In this document: piece by piece, positions 1 to 9,787 of the stretch | How positions within the stretch are numbered: position 1 is the stretch's first letter | Layout of the letters: every line of letters begins with the position of its first letter | NCBI GenBank assembly: GCA_963674735.2 | Contig: CAXXQS010000002.1 | Coordinates: forward strand, 1,472,001-1,536,000 | Direction of reading: 5' to 3' | Length of the DNA: 64,000 nucleotides | DNA from: Myxococcota bacterium | GTDB lineage: Bacteria > Myxococcota_A > SURF-8 | Notes under the pieces: model-generated | Database searches by the model: none | Told to the model about the DNA's origin: nothing | Seen by the model: only the letters and a program-made list of their open reading frames with translations | Made by a program: the position numbers and the translations under genes

Positions 1-9
1 GTCGTTTCA

Positions 10-2310
10 TTATTTCGTCTCATTTGTAACCAGTACAGGTTCGTTCCAGATTCCGTTGACGCGTGTCAGGATCCATTCGATCGTTTCATCGAATGCAATC
101 TCACCTTCAAGCGGAGCGAACAAAGGAGCGGTTGCGGCATGGTTGGGATCGTAGAGGCGTATCCTGTAATCAGTTGTGGCAAGGTGTTGCAAGCAGGACA
201 AGCCGGAATCGAACATGCAATCGTCGACGTAATGTACCCCGATACGCCACAGACCGTCGGTCGGGTTGGTGATGACCAGTTCCTCAACCGTCCCGCCCGC
301 GCCTGCGCCAGGGGTCGTGCGCGGCATGATGGCGGTGCCGTGTCCCTGGGGAAACGTGAAAGATCCGGTGCTGGTGATCGTGTCGTCGCGGCACGTAGCT
401 CCGATCGAATCCGAGAGGAGCAGGTCCATGTCCACCAGCGTGGTTGCATCGGGATAGTCGACACCGGCATCGAATTGCAGGATGGCGCGCAGTCCTTCGT
501 TACCGTCGACGGTGACCTGGATGATGAAGGGGGAAGACCACTGGCCCTCGTTGTCGCGAACCTTGAGTGTGATGGTGTAGTCGCCGCCGAGATCGAAGTC
601 GGCGCACATGTTGACACCGGGTATGTCGATGTAAGGGATCAGTATCGGCAGGGTCAGGCTTCCGGCCGGGCGTTCGATGGACCAATCGAATTCCGTCAGT
701 TCGCCGTCCGGGTCGTAGGCGATATTACCGTAAAAACACAGGCGTGTGTTTTCGGAAACGCCGGTGATGGGAATCTGGATGATCGGCCCGTGGCTCTGCA
801 AACTGGCGCGGGCGATGGGGATTTCATTGACCGGCCTTCCGTCGCCTTCCAAGCGGACTCGCACCGCATAATCGTCATCTTCGCCGGCATGATGCAGCAG
901 CAGGTCGAGTTGACATTGGTAGCTCTTTTCTTCCTGTGGGGCGAAAAAGGCCCAGCCTTCCACCGCTCCGGTTCCGCCGGGAGGCACCTCCTCCCCGAGA
1001 GGTAATTCCGTCGTTTCCAGGTGGAAAGCCGAGCAGTCATCGCCGGATTCCTCGTTCAGAAACACTCCGGTCACTTCAAGCGCTTCCGCGTGCCAGTTGC
1101 GCAAGCGGAAGGATTGTTCGACCGCGCACACCTCATTGATGCACAGGCGTGTATCCGGGCAGTCGTCATTGGAGTCGCAGACGGTGGTGTTGATGCTGGT
1201 CGGGGGAAAGACAAGGGGATCGGGGGTGATGCTGAAGCCCGAAGCCCAGGTTATGCCCGTGATGCGCACTTCCAGTGTCTGATTGTCGGGGCTGGGGCTG
1301 TCGGAGTTGATGAACACCCGGGTGATGTGCGGATTGATGGCCGTCGCCTCGCTGTCCGGCCAATAGGATACGACGAAAAGATGCTGGTCGCCGGGCAACA
1401 GGTCTTTGGGAGCATCGGACGATAGCGCGCCCTGGTCCAGCGCGAAGGGGCGTGTCGTCGAATCGGAGAGGGCGATGCTCGATATCCGGATCGCCTCGTC
1501 GCAGCCCTGCACGAAAGGATAGGTAATCGTGAATGCCGCATAGGCCGGGGGGCGGCCCACTTGCGTTGCCGGGAATTCGTAGTTTTCGGGATCGACTTCG
1601 AGCCGGCACAGACTGTCGTCGTCGGTTGCGGTGCTGTAAATGGGAATTTGCGTCAGCAAGCCGCTACAGGAATCGCTGACGAAGCTCAGAACCGCGTTGT
1701 CCGGGGTGGGGTCACTCGGCGTGTAGGTGATGACCAAGGTCCACTGTTCGCCGGGGCGCAGACGACGCGGGAATTGCAGGTTGGGCAGGTCGGGCAGCGA
1801 AAAGTCGGTTGAGCCGATCAGGGATACGGCCTGGATGATCAGGTTGGCTGTTTCGTCGTTGTTGGACAGAGTCACGCTGCGCTGTTGCAGAACATTGTAC
1901 AGGGGAGGGTCGAATTCGATGCTTTGCGGTTCGGTCAATAGGGTGGCGCAGACGGACTCTTCGTCGCCCGATCCGTCTTCATCGCCGTCGGGATCCGAAT
2001 CGCCATCGACGAGGGGGACGTCGTCTTCTCCGTCGCCGTCGCCCTGGGCCTCGGCGGCGGCTTCGGTAATGCAACTCGATGTCTCCAGGTTGCACAGCAT
2101 CCCATCGGGGCAATCGGCGTCTTCCACACACATGGGACGACACTCGCCCAGCACGCAAATCATCCCGCCGGGACAATCGCTCGTTTCCTCGCACAGAATC
2201 GGTCCGGCGTCGTCCGGGTCGTTTTCCTGGATCGTCGTTGTGTTTCCATTGCAACCGACGGTGATGAGAATAGCCAATAGTGCGTTGATTATCAGTACGA
2301 CCATACGCAT
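10..2310 (-). CDS. Large surface lipoprotein: Cys-rich repeats, acidic DGD linker, several Ig-like (choice-of-anchor D/ASH-type) domains, PKD-like domain
   Basis: 766-aa ORF with GGAG RBS and lipobox LITVG-C. CxxxxDCPxGxxC repeats, DGDGED/DGDSD linker, repeated 'P..l.F....v......v.l.N' Ig modules, 'YDPDGELTEFDWS...GDYTITLKVRDNEG' PKD motif. Confidence 0.75.
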   Translation of the reverse strand: MRMVVLIINALLAILITVGCNGNTTTIQENDPDDAGPILCEETSDCPGGMICVLGECRPMCVEDADCPDGMLCNLETSSCITEAAAEAQGDGDGEDDVPLVDGDSDPDGDEDGSGDEESVCATLLTEPQSIEFDPPLYNVLQQRSVTLSNNDETANLIIQAVSLIGSTDFSLPDLPNLQFPRRLRPGEQWTLVITYTPSDPTPDNAVLSFVSDSCSGLLTQIPIYSTATDDDSLCRLEVDPENYEFPATQVGRPPAYAAFTITYPFVQGCDEAIRISSIALSDSTTRPFALDQGALSSDAPKDLLPGDQHLFVVSYWPDSEATAINPHITRVFINSDSPSPDNQTLEVRITGITWASGFSITPDPLVFPPTSINTTVCDSNDDCPDTRLCINEVCAVEQSFRLRNWHAEALEVTGVFLNEESGDDCSAFHLETTELPLGEEVPPGGTGAVEGWAFFAPQEEKSYQCQLDLLLHHAGEDDDYAVRVRLEGDGRPVNEIPIARASLQSHGPIIQIPITGVSENTRLCFYGNIAYDPDGELTEFDWSIERPAGSLTLPILIPYIDIPGVNMCADFDLGGDYTITLKVRDNEGQWSSPFIIQVTVDGNEGLRAILQFDAGVDYPDATTLVDMDLLLSDSIGATCRDDTITSTGSFTFPQGHGTAIMPRTTPGAGAGGTVEELVITNPTDGLWRIGVHYVDDCMFDSGLSCLQHLATTDYRIRLYDPNHAATAPLFAPLEGEIAFDETIEWILTRVNGIWNEPVLVTNETK

Positions 2311-2508
2311 AAACGTCTCCTCCTACATAAAATCACCGTGGCGAAAATCAACGACTGTGTTTCCTTGATGTATATTCTCATAGTAGGGAATGGGGTTTTA
2401 TTTGTCAAAGTCAAAATACGCCCAATGCGCTCGATGCGCGGTTATGAAACGAAGGAAAGATGAAATTATGCTAAAATACGGCCGCAACCACCTGACGGGG
2501 ATAGGAAG

Positions 2509-3426
2509 ATGTCGATGCTCGCAGCTTTGTTTCATCGTAACTCACCGGATACCAAGCCGTTTTGGCGCAAGCTGTTCTGGCGTATTCCCCTCTATCTGGC
2601 GCTCGTCTGCCTGCTGATTTCCATCTGGTTGGCTTGGCAGCTTACCGGCGACATGCATGCGCCGGTGGTCTGGAAACCGCATGCCGGATTGTTCGAGCCG
2701 CAAAACCTGCAGGTTACGGCCGAGGACGGCGTGGTGGTGTCGGGTTGGTATTGGCCGGGAAAACCGGAGCAGGCGGCGGTGGTGCTGTGCCATGGTGTCG
2801 GGGCGAATCGTACGCAGATGCTCGACCAGGCGGCCATGCTGGTTCGCGCCGGTTATGCCGCCTTGGTTTTCGATTTTCGCAACCACGGTATTTCCGGCGG
2901 TGATACGACGACTTACGGCCATGCCGAACAGCGCGATGTCCGGGCCATGGCCGCCGAAATCACGCGTCGTAGTCCTCGTTCTCCGGTGGTGTTGTGGGGG
3001 CTTTCGATGGGGGCGGCGTCCCTCTTGCTCGCCGCTCCGACCATCCCCGGTCTGGCGGGCGCCATTGCCGAAAGCCCCTTCGATTCCATGCCCGAAACCT
3101 TTCGCCACCACAACGATCTATACTTTCCCTGGCCCACCTTCCCGGTGGTCGACTTGACGCTCTGGGTGATGAGTTTGAAAGACGGCTACGATCCCTGGTC
3201 GGTCAGTCCCATCGCGGCCGTCGCTAAAAGCCCCGATATTCCCATGCTTTTCGTGGCAGGCCGCGAAGACCGCCGCATGCCGCCCGCGCTGGTGCGGCGT
3301 GTGGCCGACGCCCATGCCGGACAAACCTCGTTTTTCATCGGGGAGGGTTCGCACGCGGTTATCTTTCAGGCAAGCGGGCGCACGTATCGTGAGCGTGTTT
3401 TGCGTTTTCTGGAACTCTTTAATTAA
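2509..3426 (+). CDS. Membrane-anchored alpha/beta hydrolase
   Basis: N-terminal TM segment, HG oxyanion motif (LCHGVG), DFRNHG, nucleophile elbow GLSMG, Asp (EDRR) and His (GSHA). Confidence 0.85.
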   Translation: MSMLAALFHRNSPDTKPFWRKLFWRIPLYLALVCLLISIWLAWQLTGDMHAPVVWKPHAGLFEPQNLQVTAEDGVVVSGWYWPGKPEQAAVVLCHGVGANRTQMLDQAAMLVRAGYAALVFDFRNHGISGGDTTTYGHAEQRDVRAMAAEITRRSPRSPVVLWGLSMGAASLLLAAPTIPGLAGAIAESPFDSMPETFRHHNDLYFPWPTFPVVDLTLWVMSLKDGYDPWSVSPIAAVAKSPDIPMLFVAGREDRRMPPALVRRVADAHAGQTSFFIGEGSHAVIFQASGRTYRERVLRFLELFN

Positions 3427-3609
3427 GTGGGAAAGATAGGAATTGCCATATGAGGCTTGATTAACCCAAGTTTTATGTTACAATGTTTCTTTGCGTGGAG
3501 AGGCATCTGTTTACTGACCATGTCAAACTGTTCACCATCGAACTTGGACCAAGCTTAGTTTTCCCCATTGATGTCATTCGTTAGTAACGTTGCGGAGAAA
3601 AACAAGACC

Positions 3610-4422
3610 ATGGAAACGAGAATGTTGTTTCATTCAGGAGACGAGTTGGAGCTGTTGTGTCAGGATCCTAAAAATTCGTTCTTCTACAAAGGCTTTGTCA
3701 ACAAGACGCGCCCCCTGGTGGTTGAGATTACGTCCAGCCTGGATGAGGCAGGCCTGCAGAAATTGCAGAAGGCCAATGAACTGATCGTCGCTTACGTGAA
3801 AAAAGGATATGCTTACAAGGCCAAGGTAAGCAATATGAGCGGCAATACCATGGAATTGTCGCTGATCGAGCGCCATGAGCTGCGCGAGTTTTTCCGGGTC
3901 AATACGGTCATCGGTTTTGGGTATGAAGTCATCCGTCGGGCTCCGACCGTGGGTGGGGCCGAGGCTGAAAAGGAGAACGACATCGAGCGCATGATGATGT
4001 CGGGTACTCCCCCAAAGGGCAACGATGACATGATGGCTCAGATCATGCTGGGTCTTTATCAAGAAGTCCGTAAACTGCGTCAGCAAGTGCAGAAGAGTAC
4101 CAAGCTCGATACCAGCCAAATCACGCAGCGTCTGGTATCCCTTTCCGGTTCCGGTGTTCGTTTCATCACCAGTGTGGAGCACAACAAGGGTGATGTCCTG
4201 CGCATTCACATGGTTTTAGGGTCGGGGCGTCGCCCGTTGACGGGTCTGGGCCGCATTATTCGAGTGGAATCCGAATTCTCGGCTTCGGACGGTCCATCGT
4301 TCGCCATCGCCGTTCAGTTTCAGGATATGGCGGATGCCGATCGGGAGGCGTTGGTCCGCTACGTCTTCCAAACACAGCGCAACGCGCTCAAGCGCCGTTT
4401 CGGCGGCGGCGGTTCGGTGTGA
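3610..4422 (+). CDS. PilZ-domain (c-di-GMP-binding) protein
   Basis: RxxxR (REFFR) and D/SxSxxG (SLSGSG) motifs, C-terminal 'AVQFQDMADADREALVRYVF'. Start uncertain (3568-3622). Confidence 0.8.
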   Translation: METRMLFHSGDELELLCQDPKNSFFYKGFVNKTRPLVVEITSSLDEAGLQKLQKANELIVAYVKKGYAYKAKVSNMSGNTMELSLIERHELREFFRVNTVIGFGYEVIRRAPTVGGAEAEKENDIERMMMSGTPPKGNDDMMAQIMLGLYQEVRKLRQQVQKSTKLDTSQITQRLVSLSGSGVRFITSVEHNKGDVLRIHMVLGSGRRPLTGLGRIIRVESEFSASDGPSFAIAVQFQDMADADREALVRYVFQTQRNALKRRFGGGGSV

Positions 4423-4494
4423 GTTCATTCGTGTCGACTAAGCCATAAAAAGCCTGGAAATCTCCGACCTTTTCCGATAGAATGAAACGCTGTT

Positions 4495-5382
4495 TTGTTG
4501 CCTGGGTTTACGGTTCTCGGCGTTTTTTATATGGTTGTGTTGATGCTGACTATTCTGCGGCTGTTTTCGTCTTGCCGATGCTCATTTCGAGTTTTTCTCG
4601 CGACTTTCATGCTCGTGTGGATTGCTGCGGCTTGCAGCTTGCATGGGCCGAGTTCCGTGTTGCCCGATCATGAGTTCGATCGGGTGGAACATCTCAAACA
4701 CCACATGCGGGTCGAGGCGTCTCACTGGGCCTTGCGGCATTTCGAGGCGGGGACGGAAGCGTTTAGTCGAGGCGCCTTGGGGCTGGCTTATCAGCATTGG
4801 CGCCGCGCGGCATCCATGGCTCCCGACTGGGATCTGCCCCTGATTCAACTGGCGCATTTGCATCCGCTCTACGACAACGATCAGCAGGCGGCACTGAAAG
4901 CGTTGGAACAGGCGGTGGCGATTCATGGCGACAATCCGCGCAGCCGCTTCATGTATGGGGTGGCGCTGCTTCAGTCGGGACGCACCGAAGAAGCCGAGCG
5001 TGAATTGCGCTATGCCATCGCGGCCAAACCCGGCTATCTGGAGGCCCGTTTGCGACTCGGATTGCTTTATCGGGATATCGGGGATCACCTCCAGGCGCTC
5101 GAACAATATGAAGAGTTGGTGCGGCGGCAACCCGCCAACGCCATGGCCGTGGCGACGCTGGCCGAGCTTTACGAAGAAAACGATCGTTTCTCAGACGCCG
5201 AACAAGCCTACCAACGATTGATCGGTTTGCACCATGACAGTTCCTGGGCATTGACCCGGCTGGCCGATTTCTATTCACGCAGAGGGCAAGTCGAGTTGGC
5301 CCTCAAAACGCGACAACGCGCGGAGGAACTGAACCGGCATAAACATCGCATCATGCGTCCTCTGCTACCCTCGCGGCGATAA
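4495..5382 (+). CDS. Tetratricopeptide-repeat protein, probably exported or a lipoprotein
   Basis: Multiple TPR-like helical repeats (e.g. YGVALLQSGRTEEAERELRYAIAAKP) after a hydrophobic N-terminus with IAAAC. Start uncertain. Confidence 0.75.
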   Translation: MLPGFTVLGVFYMVVLMLTILRLFSSCRCSFRVFLATFMLVWIAAACSLHGPSSVLPDHEFDRVEHLKHHMRVEASHWALRHFEAGTEAFSRGALGLAYQHWRRAASMAPDWDLPLIQLAHLHPLYDNDQQAALKALEQAVAIHGDNPRSRFMYGVALLQSGRTEEAERELRYAIAAKPGYLEARLRLGLLYRDIGDHLQALEQYEELVRRQPANAMAVATLAELYEENDRFSDAEQAYQRLIGLHHDSSWALTRLADFYSRRGQVELALKTRQRAEELNRHKHRIMRPLLPSRR

Positions 5383-5399
5383 GTAACAAGGAACCCGAC

Positions 5400-7121
5400 A
5401 TGGACCGTTTTGCCAGACTTCCCGACGATCGAAACCGATTCACGGACTCGGACCGTATCAAACAGCCGTCTCTGCATATCGTCCCGCTGGGTGGAGTGGG
5501 AGAGATCGGCATGAACATGATGGCCTATCGCTACGGTGACGAAATCATCGTGGTGGACTGCGGGGGGCTGTTTCCCGATTCGTCGCTTCTGGGGATCGAC
5601 CTTGTCGTGCCCGACATGCATTACCTCAAAGAAAACGCCGGGTTGGTGAAGGCCGTGATTCTGACGCACGGACACGAGGATCACATCGGGGCGACGCCCT
5701 ATTTCCTGCGCGATTTCCGGGTGCCCGTTTACGGATCGCGCTTCACCTTGGAACTTCTGCGCGCCAAGCTGGAAGAACACCAGGATGTGGTCGGGTCGGT
5801 GGCGTTGGAAGAAGTCGAGGCGGGTGACGTCATTGATTTCACGCATTTCAAGGTGGAATTTCTGCATGTCAATCACAGTGTGTGCGACACGCTCAGCCTG
5901 GCGATCGATACGCCGGAAGGGCTGCTGGTGCACACGGGCGATTTTCGTATCGATACCACCCCGTTCGACGGGCAGGTCTTCGATTATCAAGGCTTTTCCC
6001 GCTTGGGCGACCGGGGCGTGCTGGCCCTGTTGTCCGACAGCACCAATATCGAGCGCTCCGGTTTCACGCGCTCCGAGCAGGACGTCAAAGACGAGCTGGC
6101 CACCCTGTTCGAAACGGCTCGCGGTCGTTTGTTCGTGACCTTGTTTTCGTCGTCCATCCCGCGCATCCACGGCGTTTTGGAGTTGGCGCAGCGCTTCGGT
6201 CGCAAAGTACACATTGCGGGCAAAAGCCTGCTGACATCGACGCGTATCGCTCGCAATCTGAGCATTCTGCGCGTTCCTCCCGATCTGCTGGTTGAGGTGG
6301 GAACGCTTAAAAGTCTGCCGCCCGAAAAGGTGGTGGTGATTCTCACCGGCAGCCAGGGCGAACCGCGTTCGGTTTTGTCCCGGGTGGCCATGAACGACCA
6401 CAAGGACATCAAGGTCGGACCGGATGATCTGGTGATTTTCTCGGCTCGCGGTATTCCCGGACACGAGCGCGCCATCGATAACATCATCAACCATCTTTAC
6501 CGGCAGGGGGCGGAGGTCATCACCGAACGCGACCGGCCCATTCACACCTCGGGCCATGGACACGCGGGAGAATTGGGTACCATGCTCAACCTTACGCGCC
6601 CCGAGTATTTCATTCCCATCCACGGCGAATACCGCCACCTGATCAAGCATGGACGCCTGGCCACCGAATGCGGGGTGGATCCCGCCCGCGTGATCCTCGC
6701 CCCCAACGGAACGCTCCTGCAGTTTTCCGAAGGAATGGGCGAGCAGGTGGGCAAGGTGTCCACGGGTCGTGTCTATGTCGACGGCAAGGGCTTCGGCGAC
6801 GTGGGGCCCGACGAGATCCGCGAGCGGCGCAAGATCAGCGAAACCGGTATTATCGTCGTGCTGTTGGCCATCAGCCTGCAAAGCGGCGAAATCCTGACCG
6901 GTCCCGACCTGATTTCGCGCGGCTTCATCTTCGAGGATGTTTCCGAGCAGTTGTTCGAGCAGGGGCGCCAGGTGGTGCTGGATGCGCTGGCCGAGTTCAA
7001 CCCGGAGTCGAAATCCGATCTGGAAGAGGTGAAGGAGGAAATCCGGATTGTCTTGCGGCGTTTCTTCAAGAAGAGTCTGCAACGCAAACCGGTTGTTATT
7101 CCCATCCTATTGGGTATGTAG
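5400..7121 (+). CDS. rnj: Ribonuclease J
   Basis: PLGGVGEIGMN, THGHEDHIG (metallo-beta-lactamase), HTGDF, GSQGEP, HTSGH, PIHGEYRH. Confidence 0.97.
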   Translation: MDRFARLPDDRNRFTDSDRIKQPSLHIVPLGGVGEIGMNMMAYRYGDEIIVVDCGGLFPDSSLLGIDLVVPDMHYLKENAGLVKAVILTHGHEDHIGATPYFLRDFRVPVYGSRFTLELLRAKLEEHQDVVGSVALEEVEAGDVIDFTHFKVEFLHVNHSVCDTLSLAIDTPEGLLVHTGDFRIDTTPFDGQVFDYQGFSRLGDRGVLALLSDSTNIERSGFTRSEQDVKDELATLFETARGRLFVTLFSSSIPRIHGVLELAQRFGRKVHIAGKSLLTSTRIARNLSILRVPPDLLVEVGTLKSLPPEKVVVILTGSQGEPRSVLSRVAMNDHKDIKVGPDDLVIFSARGIPGHERAIDNIINHLYRQGAEVITERDRPIHTSGHGHAGELGTMLNLTRPEYFIPIHGEYRHLIKHGRLATECGVDPARVILAPNGTLLQFSEGMGEQVGKVSTGRVYVDGKGFGDVGPDEIRERRKISETGIIVVLLAISLQSGEILTGPDLISRGFIFEDVSEQLFEQGRQVVLDALAEFNPESKSDLEEVKEEIRIVLRRFFKKSLQRKPVVIPILLGM

Positions 7122-7130
7122 GATCTGACG

Positions 7131-7817
7131 ATGGCCCAGCGCCTTTTATGCTTCGATATCGACCTGACGCTGATCTTCACCGGCGGGGCGGGGATGCAAG
7201 CGTTGGGGCAGGCCTTTTGCGAGGTTACCGGCCACAGCGGCGCACTTGTTCCCATCCGGCCGGACGGCAAAACCGACCCCGCTTTGATCCCCGAATTATT
7301 CGCCGCCAACGGCCATGTCTATCGGCCCGACCATTACGAGGCGGTGATCCGGCGCTACCTCGACCTTCTCGAAGCCACCCAACTAGGCGATAACAGTTGG
7401 GTTTTGCTTCCGGGAGTGGTGGAGCTGCTGGAAGCCGTCGCGGCCGCGGCCGACCTCTATCCGGTTCTTCTCACCGGCAATGACGAACGCGGGGCGCGTC
7501 TCAAGCTCAAGCCCTTCGACCTGAACCGCTTCTTTTCCGTGGGGGCCTTCGGTTCGGATTCGGCCCGGCGGGCCGATCTGGTCCCGCTTGCCATCCGGCG
7601 GGCTTCGGCGTATTATGAACGGCAGTTCGACAAGAAAGAGGTGATCGTGATCGGCGATTCGGAGGGCGATGTCGCCTGTGCGGCTGCCAACGGCGTGCGC
7701 TGTCTGGCGGTTCAAACCGGTTTTACCGACGCGGCGGCTTTGCGGGCGGCCGGTTTTTGTACGATCGTGCAGGATTTGTCCGATACCCGGAGAATGATGG
7801 ACTTTTTCCGTGAATAG
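7131..7817 (+). CDS. HAD-family hydrolase (phosphoglycolate-phosphatase-like)
   Basis: FDIDLTL motif I, LLTGN motif II, VIGDSEGD motif IV. Confidence 0.9.
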   Translation: MAQRLLCFDIDLTLIFTGGAGMQALGQAFCEVTGHSGALVPIRPDGKTDPALIPELFAANGHVYRPDHYEAVIRRYLDLLEATQLGDNSWVLLPGVVELLEAVAAAADLYPVLLTGNDERGARLKLKPFDLNRFFSVGAFGSDSARRADLVPLAIRRASAYYERQFDKKEVIVIGDSEGDVACAAANGVRCLAVQTGFTDAAALRAAGFCTIVQDLSDTRRMMDFFRE

Positions 7818-7826
7818 GGGGTCAGG

Positions 7827-8384
7827 ATGCTGATAGTGTTAGGGATTGTGGGAGGCGTCTTGCTGCTGCTGGTTATCTGGGTGGTGGCGATGTACAACGG
7901 GTTGGTGGCGCTGCGCAATACCACCCAGAACGCCTGGGCGCAGATCGATGTTCAACTCAAGCGGCGTCACGATCTGATCCCGAATCTGGTGGAAACGGCC
8001 AAAGGGTATCTCAAGCATGAGCGTGAAACCCTGGAAGCGGTGACACAGGCGCGGAACATGGCCATCTCGGCCAATGGCGTGGCCGATCAGGCCAAGGCCG
8101 AAGGCATGTTGAGCGGAGCCTTGAAAAGCCTGTTTGCCGTGAGTGAAAACTACCCCGACCTGAAGGCCAATCAGAACATGATGCAACTTCAGGAAGAACT
8201 GACGGCCACCGAAAACAAGATCGCCTTCGCCCGCCAGTATTACAACGACAGCGTCTACCGTTACAATACCAAGCGCGAGGTGGTTCCAAGCAACATCATC
8301 GCCGGCATGTTCACGTTCAAACCGGCCGATCTGTTCGAAATCGAGTTGCCCGAAGAGCGCGAACCGGTGAAGGTGCAGTTTTAG
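7827..8384 (+). CDS. lemA: LemA family protein
   Basis: TM segment then YNGLV...[50 protein letters not shown]. Confidence 0.96.
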   Translation: MLIVLGIVGGVLLLLVIWVVAMYNGLVALRNTTQNAWAQIDVQLKRRHDLIPNLVETAKGYLKHERETLEAVTQARNMAISANGVADQAKAEGMLSGALKSLFAVSENYPDLKANQNMMQLQEELTATENKIAFARQYYNDSVYRYNTKREVVPSNIIAGMFTFKPADLFEIELPEEREPVKVQF

Positions 8385-8410
8385 GCTTGGCCGGAGAGGA
8401 TTGAGCGACC

Positions 8411-9520
8411 ATGGCGCGTGACAAAGTGTGTCCGGCTTGCGGTTTCGAAAATCGCCGCAAAGCCGACATCTGCGAATTGTGTCAGGCCCCTTTTGCGGCG
8501 GGACGCGGTTCGCAAAGTCCCCTGATGTCGCCGGTTGTCGGTGAGAACTCGCCGAACGCGGCTTCGACCGCATCGCCCCCTGCCCAACGTTCCGATTTCA
8601 TGGCGGAAGCCGCCGTCAACCGACGCAAATCGATGCTTCTGATGATGGTCTTTTTCGGGCTGGTGGCCGCACTCGGTTTCGGAATCGGGTTTTCCACCGG
8701 CCGGACCGTCGATGGCGGTCTGCTGGGACTCGGCATTGCCGCCTTTGTCGCAAGCTTGTACATGTTGCTGGTGTACTACCGGGGCGGCGGCATGATGATG
8801 TCGGTAGCCGGTGGGCGTGAAGTGACCGCCGGGGATCCCGAGTTTCGCCAAGTTTACAACATCGTTGAAGAAATGGCCATCGCCTCCGGGTTGCCGCAGC
8901 CGCGTGTGTTTGTCGTGATGGATGCCGCGCCCAATGCGTTCGCCACCGGCCGCGACCCCGAGCATGCGGCCATCGCCGTGACCTCCGGCCTGGTGGAGAA
9001 GCTGAACCGCGAGGAATTGCAAGGGGTGATCGGACACGAAATGGCGCATGTGGCCAGCTACGACATCCGCTTCATGATGCTGGCGGCGGTGTTGGTCGGC
9101 GTGGTGGCGTTGTTGTCCGATTATTTCCTGCGCTTCGGCCTGTTTCGTCGCGGACGTATCGAAGGACGATCCGGCGGCGGCGGGCAGGTGGCCATCCTTA
9201 TCTTTGTTCTGACAATCGTGCTGGCGATTCTGGCGCCGCTGGCCGCCCGGTTCCTGCAAATGGCGGTGTCGCGTAAGCGGGAATTGCTGGCCGATGCACG
9301 GGCGGTGGAGTTTACGCGCAATCCGAGCGGATTGGCCGGGGCGTTGAAAAAAATCTCCGAGGATGGAAATCCTCTGCTGGCCGCAAACCGGGCCACCCAG
9401 CACATGTACATCGTCAATCCACTAAAGAGCTTCAGCCGCCGAGCCGGAGGGCTGTTCGCCACCCATCCGCCCATCGAAATGCGCCTGGCCCTCTTGCAAA
9501 AAATGGGCGCGTCGTTCTGA
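8411..9520 (+). CDS. htpX: HtpX-like M48 zinc metalloprotease with N-terminal zinc ribbon
   Basis: PNAFATGR, HEMAH, SRKRELLAD, FATHPP; N-terminal CPAC...CELC; lemA-htpX synteny. Confidence 0.92.
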   Translation: MARDKVCPACGFENRRKADICELCQAPFAAGRGSQSPLMSPVVGENSPNAASTASPPAQRSDFMAEAAVNRRKSMLLMMVFFGLVAALGFGIGFSTGRTVDGGLLGLGIAAFVASLYMLLVYYRGGGMMMSVAGGREVTAGDPEFRQVYNIVEEMAIASGLPQPRVFVVMDAAPNAFATGRDPEHAAIAVTSGLVEKLNREELQGVIGHEMAHVASYDIRFMMLAAVLVGVVALLSDYFLRFGLFRRGRIEGRSGGGGQVAILIFVLTIVLAILAPLAARFLQMAVSRKRELLADARAVEFTRNPSGLAGALKKISEDGNPLLAANRATQHMYIVNPLKSFSRRAGGLFATHPPIEMRLALLQKMGASF

Positions 9521-9536
9521 TTTCCCCGTAAAAAAA

Positions 9537-9735
9537 GGTTCTAATCCCAAAACCGGGGGGCAGAACGAACCAGAAGAAATCCACAAGGCCCACCATCAAG
9601 GAAAGGGTTTCCCTTCCTCCTGCCGTCACCTGCCAAGCCTCATGATGCGAGGCGGCTCCGTCGGGGAAGGGAAAGCGAAGCTCCCGAAATTATTCGTTCG
9701 AAGCGAGCAGGCTCCCCGGAAAGAGGAGTTGAACC
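9537..9735. mobile_element. Putative MITE (~199 bp) with ISL3-like ends
   Basis: Imperfect terminal inverted repeats GGTTCTAATCCCAAAACCGGGG / GGTTCAACTCCTCTTTCCGGGG, flanked by taaaaaaa / caaaaaaa (possible 8-bp duplication). Internal hairpins. The right end recurs at about 34980. Confidence 0.55.
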
Positions 9736-9736
9736 C

Positions 9737-9761
9737 AAAAAAACCGGCCCTGCGGCCGGTT
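9737..9761 (-). terminator. Intrinsic terminator of the response-regulator gene
   Basis: On the minus strand, aaccggccgcagggccggtt hairpin followed by a T-run, just past the stop at 9788. Confidence 0.7.
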
Positions 9762-9787
9762 GTGTATGACGGTGTTTGGCTCTGTGT

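Noticed and set aside
5271-7082. Long antisense ORFs (603 aa here; also 17154-19322, 23762-26212, 28223-30481, 39514-41976)
   Set aside because: Shadows of well-supported opposite-strand genes in GC-rich DNA, with no motifs of their own.
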